64,000 bases of DNA from a virus (IMGVR_UViG_3300028025_000093:88650-152649); one strand, 5' to 3'. Shown: positions 30,212 to 38,901, numbered from the stretch's first letter. Translations and numbers: made by a program. The notes: a model not told the origin generated them from the letters alone.

Positions 30212-30240
30212 TTTACTTTAATTATGAATCGTAGTAAACT
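30212..30240 (+). promoter_or_regulatory. weak sigma70-like promoter (TTTACT-N17-TAAACT)
   Basis: 'AACTTTACTTTAATTAT…TAAACT' is a member of the conserved promoter family. Confidence 0.3.
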
Positions 30241-30278
30241 AATGGTTGTGAATTAAATACTTGAAAAGGAAATATATT

Positions 30279-30680
30279 ATGTTGAAATTTAATGATCTGT
30301 CTAAGTCTCAGAAGAAATGTATCATTGCTTTGATTGAAGCTAACCCTGCCCTGAAAACCACAGGAAAGATTAGTTTGAAAGAAGTTGTAGCTATTACCCA
30401 AGATCTTGCTGCCAAACGTACTGCTGGTGCACCAAAGATTGGTTACCCAAATTGGTTGTTTAAGCACAACAAGATTGAGCGTGGTATGTATGAACTTCCA
30501 CTTCCAACTGAGCAAGATCTTTCTGATTATGCGCAAGGTTCCGTAAAGCAACCTAAGGTGTCTAAATCTAAAGCTGCTGCTGCAACTCGCCTAGAGAAAA
30601 TCATTGAGTCATCCCCTGTTCATACTCAGGATGTTGAAGACTTCAATGCGATCTTACGTGAGAATGGTATCACAGTATAA
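30279..30680 (+). CDS. hypothetical protein
   Basis: ATG preceded by the repeated translation-initiation sequence TTGAAAAGGAAATATATTATG. Confidence 0.4.
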   Translation: MLKFNDLSKSQKKCIIALIEANPALKTTGKISLKEVVAITQDLAAKRTAGAPKIGYPNWLFKHNKIERGMYELPLPTEQDLSDYAQGSVKQPKVSKSKAAAATRLEKIIESSPVHTQDVEDFNAILRENGITV

Positions 30681-30698
30681 TTTAATTTTGTAGTATCG

Positions 30699-30734
30699 GG
30701 TTGGGGACTGCCATCTCCCAACTCGATTTTTTTC
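30699..30734 (+). terminator. rho-independent terminator
   Basis: GTTGGGGA…TCTCCCAAC hairpin followed by TCGATTTTTTT. Confidence 0.6.
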
Positions 30735-30763
30735 GATGGCGTTTTTTAACATGGAGATATTAT

Positions 30764-31033
30764 ATGTCTAAGCAAGCAAAGTTGTTGTCTCATCTGCAAG
30801 CTGGTAATGAGTTGACTGCAAAACAGATCAAAGGTTCTTTCGGTATTGCTCATCCTGCGTCAGCAGTTCGTAACTTGCGTGAAAAGGGTTACTGTGTTTA
30901 TTCAAACGCAGCTAAACTTGCAGACGGTACACCTACTGTAAAGTATCGTATCGGCATGCCAAGCAAGCGTATGGTTGCTATTGTAAATGCAGTTGTTGGC
31001 GCATCTGCCTTCACAGCACAGCGTACACGCTAA
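30764..31033 (+). CDS. hypothetical small protein
   Basis: First ATG downstream of the terminator. The ORF-track start at 30701 would lie inside the terminator hairpin. Confidence 0.4.
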   Translation: MSKQAKLLSHLQAGNELTAKQIKGSFGIAHPASAVRNLREKGYCVYSNAAKLADGTPTVKYRIGMPSKRMVAIVNAVVGASAFTAQRTR

Positions 31034-31089
31034 GCAGTAAGTGTATGGGCATTCTCTGAGTGCCTATACGCATTACTGTTGGAGAAAAT

Positions 31090-31431
31090 ATGGCAACTAA
31101 AGAAGATATTAAAAAGTCGCAGAATGCCACTACTGGTGGACGTAAGTTTGATGGTAACAAAATTCAATATGGATTGTTACCTCCACTTGCACTAAAAGCT
31201 ACTGCAGAAATTCTAACATTTGGGGCGGAGAAATACGAACCAGATAATTGGAAGTTTGTTCCTGACTCAAAACGTAGATACTTTGACGCAATGCAAAGAC
31301 ATCTCTGGGCATGGAAAGAGGGTGAGCAAAACGATCCCGAGACTGGTAAGAATCACCTAGCACACGCAATGTGTTGTCTAATGTTTCTTTATGAGCATGA
31401 TGTAAAGTATTCAAAGGATTCAAATGTTTAA
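31090..31431 (+). CDS. putative dATP/dGTP pyrophosphohydrolase-like protein
   Basis: 'KIQYGLLPPLALKATAEILTFGAEKYEPDNW' resembles the N-terminal domain of phage dATP/dGTP diphosphohydrolases as I recall it. An RBS precedes ATG 31090. Confidence 0.35.
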   Translation: MATKEDIKKSQNATTGGRKFDGNKIQYGLLPPLALKATAEILTFGAEKYEPDNWKFVPDSKRRYFDAMQRHLWAWKEGEQNDPETGKNHLAHAMCCLMFLYEHDVKYSKDSNV

Positions 31432-31600
31432 AATGTTAATTACATTTATATTTCTTTTCGTTATATTCTATACGGGAATTGAAATCTTCCGTAAGTTTAG
31501 TGGCAAAGAGAAATGGGAAGTTGCAAAGACTACCATTTATAGCGTGACGATCGCTCTTCTCGTTATTGTGTTTCTTACTATTGTCGTTGTTTTATTTTAA
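31424..31600 (+). CDS. small membrane protein (two predicted TM helices)
   Basis: Unlisted 58-codon ORF 'MFKMLITFIFLFVIFYTGIEIF…IALLVIVFLTIVVVLF'. It is strongly hydrophobic and overlaps the upstream stop. Confidence 0.35.
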   Translation: MFKMLITFIFLFVIFYTGIEIFRKFSGKEKWEVAKTTIYSVTIALLVIVFLTIVVVLF

Positions 31601-31609
31601 GGATTGATT

Positions 31610-32404
31610 ATGAAAAAAGTTTTTACCATCGGTGTTTTAGCTGCAGCAATTCTTGCTACAGGTTGTACTCGTATTGAGACTGGCGAGGTAGGTGTTCGTG
31701 TTGGTTTTGACAAGCAAGTTCAGCAAGGTGAGTTGCTTCCAGGTTCTTTCAATCAAGTGCTAATTGGTGATGTTCTTACATTCCCCATCAAAGACGTTAA
31801 TGTTAAACTTGATGATATGACTCCAGTTGCTCGAGATAACTCAACTATGAAAGACTTTGACGCAGTAGTTATCTACAACATCAATCAAGCACAAGTCGCT
31901 GAACTGTATAGCCAAAAGAGTCAAGCATTTCATGCTCGTCACAATGGCGATATCTACTTGATGTATAACTACATCGTTCAAGCTACACGAAATGCTATCT
32001 ACAAAGAAGCACGTAAGTATGAAGCGTTGGATATGGCAGACAATCGTACCTCAATGGAACAAGCAATCAAAGAACAGATTCAAAAATCTTTGGCTGACGA
32101 AAAACTGGACGGCAGTCTTGTTGTTGGACAGGTTCTTATTCGTAACATTGTACCAGCGGACTCAGTTGTTGCAAGTGCCAATGAATTGGTTCGTGCCAAG
32201 AATGAGTTGAAGCAGAAGGAAGTTGAAGTAAAGACTGCCAAGATGGAAGCTGAACGTATGCAAGCACTTTCCAATCAAGGTGCCCAAAGTATTGCTTATA
32301 TGCAAGCTCAAGCAATGATCAATATCTCTGAAGGTATTAAACAAGGTAAGGTTCAAACTATTGTTGTTCCTGCCAACTTTAATGCACTGATGATGCCAAA
32401 ATAA
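31610..32404 (+). CDS. SPFH/band-7 (prohibitin-like) domain lipoprotein
   Basis: Signal peptide with lipobox 'LATGC'. The remainder of the protein resembles HflC/QmcA-type SPFH domains. Confidence 0.55.
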   Translation: MKKVFTIGVLAAAILATGCTRIETGEVGVRVGFDKQVQQGELLPGSFNQVLIGDVLTFPIKDVNVKLDDMTPVARDNSTMKDFDAVVIYNINQAQVAELYSQKSQAFHARHNGDIYLMYNYIVQATRNAIYKEARKYEALDMADNRTSMEQAIKEQIQKSLADEKLDGSLVVGQVLIRNIVPADSVVASANELVRAKNELKQKEVEVKTAKMEAERMQALSNQGAQSIAYMQAQAMINISEGIKQGKVQTIVVPANFNALMMPK

Positions 32405-32470
32405 ATTTGACATATACCTCATTTTGGGGTATAATGTATTATACATAGTTAATATGAACAGGAGAAGTGA

Positions 32471-33130
32471 ATGAAATTATCTAAAGAAACCGTAGCCGTT
32501 ATTAAGAACTTTGCTGGTATCAACAGCAATCTTCTTTTGAAATCAGGCAGCAAAGTAGCAACAATCTCGTCACAAAAGAATGTGATGGCAGATACAACTG
32601 TAACTGAATCATTCCCAAGTGATTTTGGTATCTATGACCTCAACGAGTTCTTGGGTGCCATGTCTTTGTTTGAAGATCCAGAGTTGGAATTCAGCGAAAA
32701 GTTTGTTACTATCAAACAAGGTGGTATGAGCATTAAGTATTATGCTGCTGCCGCAGATGTCTTGGTTGCCCCAACTAAGAGTATCACTTTCCCAGATGCA
32801 GAAATCAATTTTAATATCACAGCTTCCCAGCTTGATATGATTCGCAAGACTGCTGGTGTATTGCGTAGTGAAGACGTTTCTATTGTTGGTGATGGTAGCA
32901 AAATTGCTGCTGTTGTTGGTGACAAGAAAAACTCTACGTCAAACTCTTTCAATCAAGCAGTTGGTACAACTGACAAGACATTTAAAGTTAATCTAAAGGT
33001 AGAAAACCTAAAGATGATTCCAGGTGATTATGCAGTTAGCATTTCGTCAAAGAAAATCTCTCGCTTTAAAGGTTCTGGGGATTTAGTTTATTACGTAGCT
33101 GTTGAGGCAGATTCTACATTCGAAGGATAA
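32471..33130 (+). CDS. sliding clamp gp45
   Basis: 'MKLSKETVAVIKNFAGINSNLLLKSG…' is collinear with T4 gp45 'MKLSKDTTALLKNFATINSGIMLKSG…'. The C-terminal 'YYVAVEADSTFEG' matches T4 'YVVALEADSTHDF'. Confidence 0.85.
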   Translation: MKLSKETVAVIKNFAGINSNLLLKSGSKVATISSQKNVMADTTVTESFPSDFGIYDLNEFLGAMSLFEDPELEFSEKFVTIKQGGMSIKYYAAAADVLVAPTKSITFPDAEINFNITASQLDMIRKTAGVLRSEDVSIVGDGSKIAAVVGDKKNSTSNSFNQAVGTTDKTFKVNLKVENLKMIPGDYAVSISSKKISRFKGSGDLVYYVAVEADSTFEG

Positions 33131-33139
33131 TTCCTTTTT

Positions 33140-33790
33140 ATGAAGCGTACAAATATATTCAGTTGCCCTATATGGGAATGGGATAATCTTCCAATAGATA
33201 ATTCCAAACTTGAACAACATGTGTATACTTTAATGGAACGTGATCCAGAGTTTAGAAACCCTGAAGGATATAGTGGACTTATATTAAAGTGGAAGAGTTA
33301 TAACCTAACATCAAAAGACTTTTTGGCTTTTCCTGAAACTGGTAAACTAATCGCTTTAATTAAAGAATTAGTAGTTCCTTGTATCGCTGAATTAAATCCA
33401 CGGGATTCTGCTACTTTTGTTTTACAAGAAGTGTGGTTCAATGTTTACCCACCACTTGCTTCATTGGAAAGTCACCCACACGTAGGTAATGTTTTGTCTG
33501 GAACATACTACATCAAAGCCAAACCAAACTGTGGTGACTTGGCATTTTTAACAGGTGATAATAGCACATACTATAACTTTGCTGCTAAGTACTTTCATAA
33601 CAGAAATGACATAACTGCAATTAAACATCTAGTGAAACCTGTGGAAAATTCTATGATAGTTGCACCCTCGCATTTAATGCATGCTGTAAAAGAGAATCGC
33701 TCAGAAGAGGATAGAATTTCTCTTTCCTTTAATTTTAAAGTTGTTAGTGATAACACATACACACCAAACGACAAGTATTTTAAAATTTAA
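33140..33790 (+). CDS. putative 2OG-Fe(II) oxygenase superfamily protein
   Basis: Candidate metal ligands 'SHPHVG' and 'SHLMH', plus 'RISLSF' (an RxS 2-oxoglutarate-binding motif). Such genes are common in marine T4-like phages. Confidence 0.45.
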   Translation: MKRTNIFSCPIWEWDNLPIDNSKLEQHVYTLMERDPEFRNPEGYSGLILKWKSYNLTSKDFLAFPETGKLIALIKELVVPCIAELNPRDSATFVLQEVWFNVYPPLASLESHPHVGNVLSGTYYIKAKPNCGDLAFLTGDNSTYYNFAAKYFHNRNDITAIKHLVKPVENSMIVAPSHLMHAVKENRSEEDRISLSFNFKVVSDNTYTPNDKYFKI

Positions 33791-33810
33791 CTATATTATG
33801 AAAGTTTATT

Positions 33811-34764
33811 ATGATTGAATCTCGTGACGAGTTGTTTCTGTGGGTTGAGAAGTATCGTCCACAAACTATTGATGAGTGTGTACTTCCAGAGTCATTGAAG
33901 AAAACTTTCAAGGACTACGTATCTAAAGGTCAACTACCTACATTCTTGTTATGTGGTACTGCTGGTGTTGGTAAAACTACCATTGCCAAAGCACTGTGTA
34001 ATGAGGTAGGTGCTGATTACATTATGATTAACGGATCTGACGAAGGTCGTTCCATTGATACCCTGCGCACAACCATCAAGAACTTTGCTTCAACAGTATC
34101 TCTAACTGATGCTAAAAAGGTAGTTATCGTTGATGAAGCAGACTATATGAACAGTGACTCTGTTCAACCTGCTCTGCGCAACTTTATCGAACAGTTCTCT
34201 GGTAATTGTTCCTTTATCTTTACTTGTAATTTTAAGAATCGTATTATTGAGCCACTTCACTCTCGTTGTGCAGTGATTGAATTTAAGATTGATAGTAAAG
34301 ACAAGCAAGAGATTGCTGCTACTTTCTTTAAGCGAGCAACCACTATCCTCAAGCAAGAGGGTATTGAATTTGATCCCAAAGTTGTTTCTGAACTTATAAT
34401 CAAACACTTTCCTGACTATCGTCGTATCTTAAATGAACTTCAACGATATTCTGTATCTGGTAAAATCGATACAGGCATCTTAGTTAATTTGGGTCAAGAA
34501 TCCTTTAAACAATTAGTCAAGGATATGAAGGAAAAGGATTTCCCAGAAGTTCGTAAATGGGTATCAAAGAATTCTGAACTTGGAACTGCCCAAATCTTCC
34601 GTGAATTATATGACAACGCATCTGTTGTAATGCAAGATATTAGTATCCCGCAACTTGTATTAATCTTGGCTGAATATCAGTATAAGTCTGCTTTTGTGGC
34701 AGATCAAGAGATAAATATAATGGCAGCATTAACAGAAGTAATGTCTCAATGTAAATTTAAGTAA
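33811..34764 (+). CDS. clamp loader large subunit gp44 (RFC-like AAA+)
   Basis: 'KYRP' box, Walker A 'GTAGVGKTT', Walker B 'VIVDEAD' and the SRC motif 'HSRCAV'. Confidence 0.85.
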   Translation: MIESRDELFLWVEKYRPQTIDECVLPESLKKTFKDYVSKGQLPTFLLCGTAGVGKTTIAKALCNEVGADYIMINGSDEGRSIDTLRTTIKNFASTVSLTDAKKVVIVDEADYMNSDSVQPALRNFIEQFSGNCSFIFTCNFKNRIIEPLHSRCAVIEFKIDSKDKQEIAATFFKRATTILKQEGIEFDPKVVSELIIKHFPDYRRILNELQRYSVSGKIDTGILVNLGQESFKQLVKDMKEKDFPEVRKWVSKNSELGTAQIFRELYDNASVVMQDISIPQLVLILAEYQYKSAFVADQEINIMAALTEVMSQCKFK

Positions 34765-34773
34765 GAGGTTTGT

Positions 34774-35103
34774 ATGGAAGGTCTCTATATTCTTGTAGGG
34801 TTTTTACTTTGGGTTTGGGGTATTATTATTGGATGGCGAGCACGTGAGGTTCACGCAAAGCAACAAGTAGAAAAGTTGCTGGCAGAAAATGTTGATGTCC
34901 CAGAAACAGATGAAGAAACACGAATTAAAATTAAAATCGAAAAAGATGAAAACGGATTTTTCGTTTATGATTGCATAACAAATGAGTTTATGGCACAGGG
35001 TACAACTCGTAACCAAGTGGAACTGGCTCTAGCGAAAAGATATCCTGGTAAGCAGTTTGCTGCCACCCCAACCAATCTACATGAAACAGGATTTACATTA
35101 TGA
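34774..35103 (+). CDS. hypothetical membrane-anchored protein
   Basis: N-terminal TM helix 'LYILVGFLLWVWGIIIGW' followed by a soluble domain. Confidence 0.4.
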   Translation: MEGLYILVGFLLWVWGIIIGWRAREVHAKQQVEKLLAENVDVPETDEETRIKIKIEKDENGFFVYDCITNEFMAQGTTRNQVELALAKRYPGKQFAATPTNLHETGFTL

Positions 35104-35285
35104 TGCCAATACTAAGTAACTATCAAGAAGGTACACGTAACGCCAAGGTATATAAAACTGCCACTGGTGAATATGGTGTTCTTGTATATGATGCTGATGA
35201 CGACTATAATGGGTTTGATTCTTTTAGTGATATAGACACAGCAGAAGATTTTGCTGAGGATTGGGTATTGAGAGCAGGGCGATGA
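35100..35285 (+). CDS. hypothetical small acidic protein
   Basis: ORF with an ATGA-overlapping start. Confidence 0.3.
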   Translation: MMPILSNYQEGTRNAKVYKTATGEYGVLVYDADDDYNGFDSFSDIDTAEDFAEDWVLRAGR

Positions 35286-35659
35286 CTCCTTTTGACTTTA
35301 TCAATGCTATCAATACTAGCAAAGAAAACTTGTTTCGCGACCCACAAGCAAACAAGGATTATAATGCGTGGATTGTAAATAAAGGGTTGTCTTATTTTCC
35401 AGACACCGTATTGTACGCCAATGAGATGAATTTTCACCGTAGTATACCCAAAGAATGGCAATTCCAGTTTCTACTAAATAGTATACCCAAGAAAAAGCGA
35501 TTTAGTAAGTGGTCTAAAAAAGACACTCGTACTGAAACCTTGTCCTTGGTTATGGAGTATTTTGGGTATTCTGAAGAGAAAGCTAAACAAGCATTAAGCA
35601 TTCTCAGTAGTGACCAATTGACTATGATACAAGAAAAATTATACAAAGGTGGAAAATAA
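35282..35659 (+). CDS. clamp loader small subunit gp62-like
   Basis: 'LLNSIPKKKRFSKWSK' matches T4 gp62 'MAAVPRGKRYGKWAK'. It sits between gp44 and regA, as in T4. Confidence 0.5.
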   Translation: MTPFDFINAINTSKENLFRDPQANKDYNAWIVNKGLSYFPDTVLYANEMNFHRSIPKEWQFQFLLNSIPKKKRFSKWSKKDTRTETLSLVMEYFGYSEEKAKQALSILSSDQLTMIQEKLYKGGK

Positions 35660-36078
35660 TGACTGTGGAAATGATTTACTACGACTGGACGGCAGAGTCC
35701 ATGCTTGAGGTGACACTCCCAGAACCAGACAATTTTTTAAAGGTTCGTGAGACTCTAACTCGCATTGGTATTGCATCCCGTAAAGAAAATACATTATATC
35801 AATCTTGCCATATTTTACATAAGCAAGGTAGATATTTCATTGTCCATTTCAAAGAACTATTTGCTTTGGATGGAAAAGAATCGAATATCACATCAGGTGA
35901 TATCGAGCGTAGAAATGCCATTGCTAGTTTGTTGCAGGATTGGGAATTGTTAAAGATTCTAGATCCTAAACGTGCCGAGCAAAAAGCATCTCTATCGCAA
36001 ATTAAGGTGGTCTCTTATAAAGAAAAAGACCAGTGGGAATTAGTTCCAAAATATAACATAGGAAAGAAACTGAAATGA
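35659..36078 (+). CDS. regA: translational repressor RegA
   Basis: 'FLKVRETLTRIGIASRKENTLYQSCHILHKQGRYFIVHFKE' matches T4 RegA 'FLKVKETLTRMGIANNKDKVLYQSCHILQKKGLYYIVHFKE'. Confidence 0.85.
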   Translation: MTVEMIYYDWTAESMLEVTLPEPDNFLKVRETLTRIGIASRKENTLYQSCHILHKQGRYFIVHFKELFALDGKESNITSGDIERRNAIASLLQDWELLKILDPKRAEQKASLSQIKVVSYKEKDQWELVPKYNIGKKLK

Positions 36079-36257
36079 TTAAACTTGAATTGACTATCGA
36101 TGAGTGCAATACTATTCTTCGTGTATTGGGCAAACACCCATTTGAGGAAGTTGTAACAATTATTCAAAAGATTAAATCACAAGGCGAGCCACAAGTGGTC
36201 GCACTTGAAGCAGAAGCAGCAAAGCAAGCAGAGTTGCCAGCTGCACCTGCTGCGTAA
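36075..36257 (+). CDS. hypothetical small protein
   Basis: ORF with an ATGA overlap to regA. Confidence 0.3.
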   Translation: MIKLELTIDECNTILRVLGKHPFEEVVTIIQKIKSQGEPQVVALEAEAAKQAELPAAPAA

Positions 36258-36340
36258 AGAATTCACCTTAGGACCGCTAAGTTACGAATCGTGGTAAAGC
36301 TGACAGTACGTTAAGCTGTCGCTGGAACTAGTAACCAGCA

Positions 36341-36385
36341 TTAATGATATGCCTTCGGGGTATCAATTTTATTTTAACTCGCTTA
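36341..36385 (+). terminator. terminator-like hairpin with UUCG tetraloop
   Basis: GATATGCC-TTCG-GGGTATC followed by AATTTTATTTT. It is preceded by two further hairpins (GACAG…CTGTC and GCTGG…CCAGC) in a 140-nt non-coding region. Confidence 0.45.
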
Positions 36386-36398
36386 ATAGGAGCACACA

Positions 36399-36617
36399 AT
36401 GCTACAACAATTAAACACGTTCATTGACACCGTACAGGATGCCAAGAAACAAATCGTCAAGACATTCGTTCAAGACAAAACCCTAGCAGAAACCATCAAC
36501 GACTTTGTAGAGTCACAACGCACTTTTAGCAAGCAAATTGCTAAGACTACATTTGAAGTTGCAACTGAGTCTGCTAAACAAGCAGCTAAGTTTGATCTGT
36601 CAAAGGTGAAACTATGA
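36399..36617 (+). CDS. hypothetical protein
   Basis: ORF; no recognisable motif. Confidence 0.35.
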   Translation: MLQQLNTFIDTVQDAKKQIVKTFVQDKTLAETINDFVESQRTFSKQIAKTTFEVATESAKQAAKFDLSKVKL

Positions 36618-37090
36618 CATCAAATTTTATCCCCACATTCTGGACTACCAAAGATCTAGATAAATTCTTTGTTGGCTTTGATGATCAGTTTAAAACTCTT
36701 CAAAAACTACATGATGATGTCACAAAGAACATCCCTAACTACCCTCCATATAACATCAAGAAAATTGATGATACTCACTATACCATTGAGTTGGCTGTAG
36801 CAGGTTTCGGTCAAAACGAAATCGACATTGAGATTGATGGAGCTAAGTTAGTTGTTAAAGGTAATGTAGCTACTCAAGAAGCTGAAGATAATTTCTTGTT
36901 TAGAGGAATTGCTGCACGTGCCTTTACTCGTACCTTTGCCCTTAACGATCAAGTAGAAGTTAAGGATGCAGAACTATTCAACGGTATGCTTAAGATTGCT
37001 CTGGAGCGTATGATTCCAGAAGAAAAGAAACCAAAGAAAGTTCTAGTAAAAGCAAAAGGCGAGAAGCAATTATTGAATGAGGGTAACTAA
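36614..37090 (+). CDS. small heat-shock protein (Hsp20 / alpha-crystallin family)
   Basis: Alpha-crystallin domain with the C-terminal signature 'AELFNGMLKIALERMIPEE'. Confidence 0.75.
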   Translation: MTSNFIPTFWTTKDLDKFFVGFDDQFKTLQKLHDDVTKNIPNYPPYNIKKIDDTHYTIELAVAGFGQNEIDIEIDGAKLVVKGNVATQEAEDNFLFRGIAARAFTRTFALNDQVEVKDAELFNGMLKIALERMIPEEKKPKKVLVKAKGEKQLLNEGN

Positions 37091-37270
37091 ATGAAACTCT
37101 TAAAAAAAGTTTTTAATTTTATTGTTACCATGTCAGATTCTTTGCATGAAGCAAAAGAAATGCAAAGAAAATCAAAAAGGATCCCATAATGAACTACTGG
37201 ATCCCAATGACTGAAGATGATGTTGATTGGGTAAACGGTAAAACCGTACCAACCAATAAGTGAAATAAGG

Positions 37271-37305
37271 GGAGGAAACTCCCCTTGCCAGTTTTATTGA
37301 TACCT
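37271..37305 (+). terminator. rho-independent terminator (AAGGGGAG-gaaa-CTCCCCTT + TTTTATT)
   Basis: Perfect hairpin plus a T-run. Confidence 0.65.
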
Positions 37306-37523
37306 AAATATAGGTATGATGAAAGCAAGAGTTTCCCCAAATTTAATCTCATTCGTTACGATACGTCGTGGGGATTGGATTATGAAAATATCTGTCTACA
37401 AGACAAAAGATATTTTACTCGTCGCACAACATTATTTTGAAAATGAAAAATTTCAGGTAGTACATTTTTCAAATCAAGATGATGCTGCGATCTACATTGA
37501 CAAATTAGCAGAAGAGGTTTAAC

Positions 37524-37826
37524 ATGAGCGTGAAAGTTTTTAAATTGATCAATGGTGAAGAATTGATTGCAACAGTATCAGCACAAAGTGATACAGAGTA
37601 TCATCTCACTGATCCAACAACCATTGTTATGCAGCAAACTGAACGTGGTGTTGGTGTTGCTCTAATGCCATATATGCCATACGCTGGCAAACAAGTTACA
37701 CTCAATAAGAGTGCCGTTGCTTCTGAGGGTTCTCCTCTAGTAGAAATGCAAAACGAATATAGTCGAGTCACTGGGTCAGGAATCCAGATTGTCTCGTCTT
37801 CAGCCCTTGCTGGGCTTAGTTCTTAA
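37524..37826 (+). CDS. hypothetical protein
   Basis: ORF with a GAGG RBS; no recognisable motif. Confidence 0.35.
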   Translation: MSVKVFKLINGEELIATVSAQSDTEYHLTDPTTIVMQQTERGVGVALMPYMPYAGKQVTLNKSAVASEGSPLVEMQNEYSRVTGSGIQIVSSSALAGLSS

Positions 37827-37843
37827 GCCAGTAAATCCCCCTA

Positions 37844-37870
37844 AGACCCTCTCTAGTAGAGGGTCTTTTT
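37844..37870 (+). terminator. rho-independent terminator (AGACCCTCT-ctagt-AGAGGGTCT + TTTTT); first of a tandem pair
   Basis: Perfect 9-bp stem plus a T-run. Confidence 0.7.
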
Positions 37871-37901
37871 CATTGTAGGACTGCCTAAGTCATTGATCTA
37901 T

Positions 37902-37925
37902 AAGGGGAAATAATCCCCCCATTTC
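37902..37925 (+). terminator. second terminator of the tandem pair (AAGGGGAAATAATCCCCCC + ATTT); copy of the 28741 module
   Basis: Shares 'CATTGATcTATAAGGGGAAATAATCCCC' with 28731-28760. Confidence 0.55.
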
Positions 37926-37949
37926 CTGAGGGTTACTTTGCAAAATACC

Positions 37950-37978
37950 TTGCCTTTAATTCATATCACTGGTATAAT
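37950..37978 (+). promoter_or_regulatory. sigma70-like early promoter (TTGCCT-N17-TATAAT)
   Basis: 'CTTGCCTTTAATTcatatcactggTATAAT' is a member of the conserved promoter family. Confidence 0.55.
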
Positions 37979-38008
37979 AGTCTTATGATGATTGAAAAGG
38001 AAATGAAA

Positions 38009-38263
38009 ATGATTGTAAAAACTGGTGATGTGATTCGTTCTTATGACTTTAAGCCAATGGTTGGTCGTGAAGATTGTTTCGTTGAAGGTGTTGTTGAGCG
38101 TGAGACAAATGAGCAAGGTTACGATGCTTACAAAATTACCGTGACCAAAGATTCTTGGTCTGATGCGACTGATAAAGGTCGTCTTGGTAAAATTGTTTAT
38201 GTACCTAAGCGTGTTTCGTTTATGGAATATTCTGGTCGCATTATCAACTTGTCACGTATCTAA
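38009..38263 (+). CDS. hypothetical protein
   Basis: ATG after 'TTGAAAAGGAAATG'. The ORF-track start at 37985 would fall at or before the predicted transcription start. Confidence 0.35.
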   Translation: MIVKTGDVIRSYDFKPMVGREDCFVEGVVERETNEQGYDAYKITVTKDSWSDATDKGRLGKIVYVPKRVSFMEYSGRIINLSRI

Positions 38264-38281
38264 TTGAAAAGGAAATATATT

Positions 38282-38518
38282 ATGAAAAACAAACAAATCG
38301 TTGCAACAATTTACAATCGCCCAGTTCAAACTAAATCTGAGGCACGTGCTGAATCTGAGAAAGCACTGAAGGCATTCTTGAAGTCTGGTGGAGTAATTCA
38401 AGAAAGTAAATCCCGTCGTAATCCAAAGAGCAAGATGTCTGGGAAAAGTTCCCGTGGGTTTATCTGTGGTACTTCTGGTTTCGCTACTGGTTTTCCTAGA
38501 CGTACGATGGGTGCTTGA
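38282..38518 (+). CDS. hypothetical small basic protein
   Basis: ATG preceded by the exact 21-mer TTGAAAAGGAAATATATTATG that is also found at 30259. Confidence 0.35.
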   Translation: MKNKQIVATIYNRPVQTKSEARAESEKALKAFLKSGGVIQESKSRRNPKSKMSGKSSRGFICGTSGFATGFPRRTMGA

Positions 38519-38553
38519 CTTTAATTCGCAAATAAAGTATAATTGTTTATATA

Positions 38554-38901
38554 ATGGAGAATGTGATGAACTACGAAAAAATGAGTACTGATGAATTGGG
38601 TGGGTTGTTTTCTGATTACTACAAAGACACGCACGGCAGTCGTCCTCGTTTCGTAGACTTCAACGATCGCGAAGAACTTATTCGTCAGTTAGATCTCCTG
38701 AACAATTACCACGACAAAATGCAGGAAACTTTTGAAAGTCGTGAGCAACTCCGTGAAGATGGTTGGATCATCCACGAAACTGATCCTGAGATGCAGAAGA
38801 TGGCTTACTTCCTCGCCAAAGAGCGTGACAAGTGGAAGTTGGATAACTGGGGTGAGGAATTCAACGAAGCACGTTACTATGAGCCAAAGGTGGCAGCATG
38901 A
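38554..38901 (+). CDS. hypothetical protein
   Basis: ORF; no recognisable motif. Confidence 0.35.
   Translation: MENVMNYEKMSTDELGGLFSDYYKDTHGSRPRFVDFNDREELIRQLDLLNNYHDKMQETFESREQLREDGWIIHETDPEMQKMAYFLAKERDKWKLDNWGEEFNEARYYEPKVAA

Noticed and set aside
30222-30551. 109-aa minus-strand ORF overlapping the + ORF at 30279..30680
   Set aside because: Every supported gene in the window is on the + strand. This ORF has no start-site signals and is antisense to a gene with a conserved RBS.
36258-36398. Possible tRNA gene in the structured intergenic region; the other intergenic gaps were also checked
   Set aside because: No 7-bp acceptor-stem pairing and no GTTCNANNC T-loop were found here or in the other intergenic gaps (21324-21478, 37827-37984, 9763-9843, 58486-58540). 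I call no tRNA.
37091-37262. Two tiny ORFs (32 and 24 codons) between the Hsp20 gene and the terminator at 37271
   Set aside because: Too short to call and without conservation evidence. They could be real micro-proteins, but there is no supporting signal beyond an ATG.
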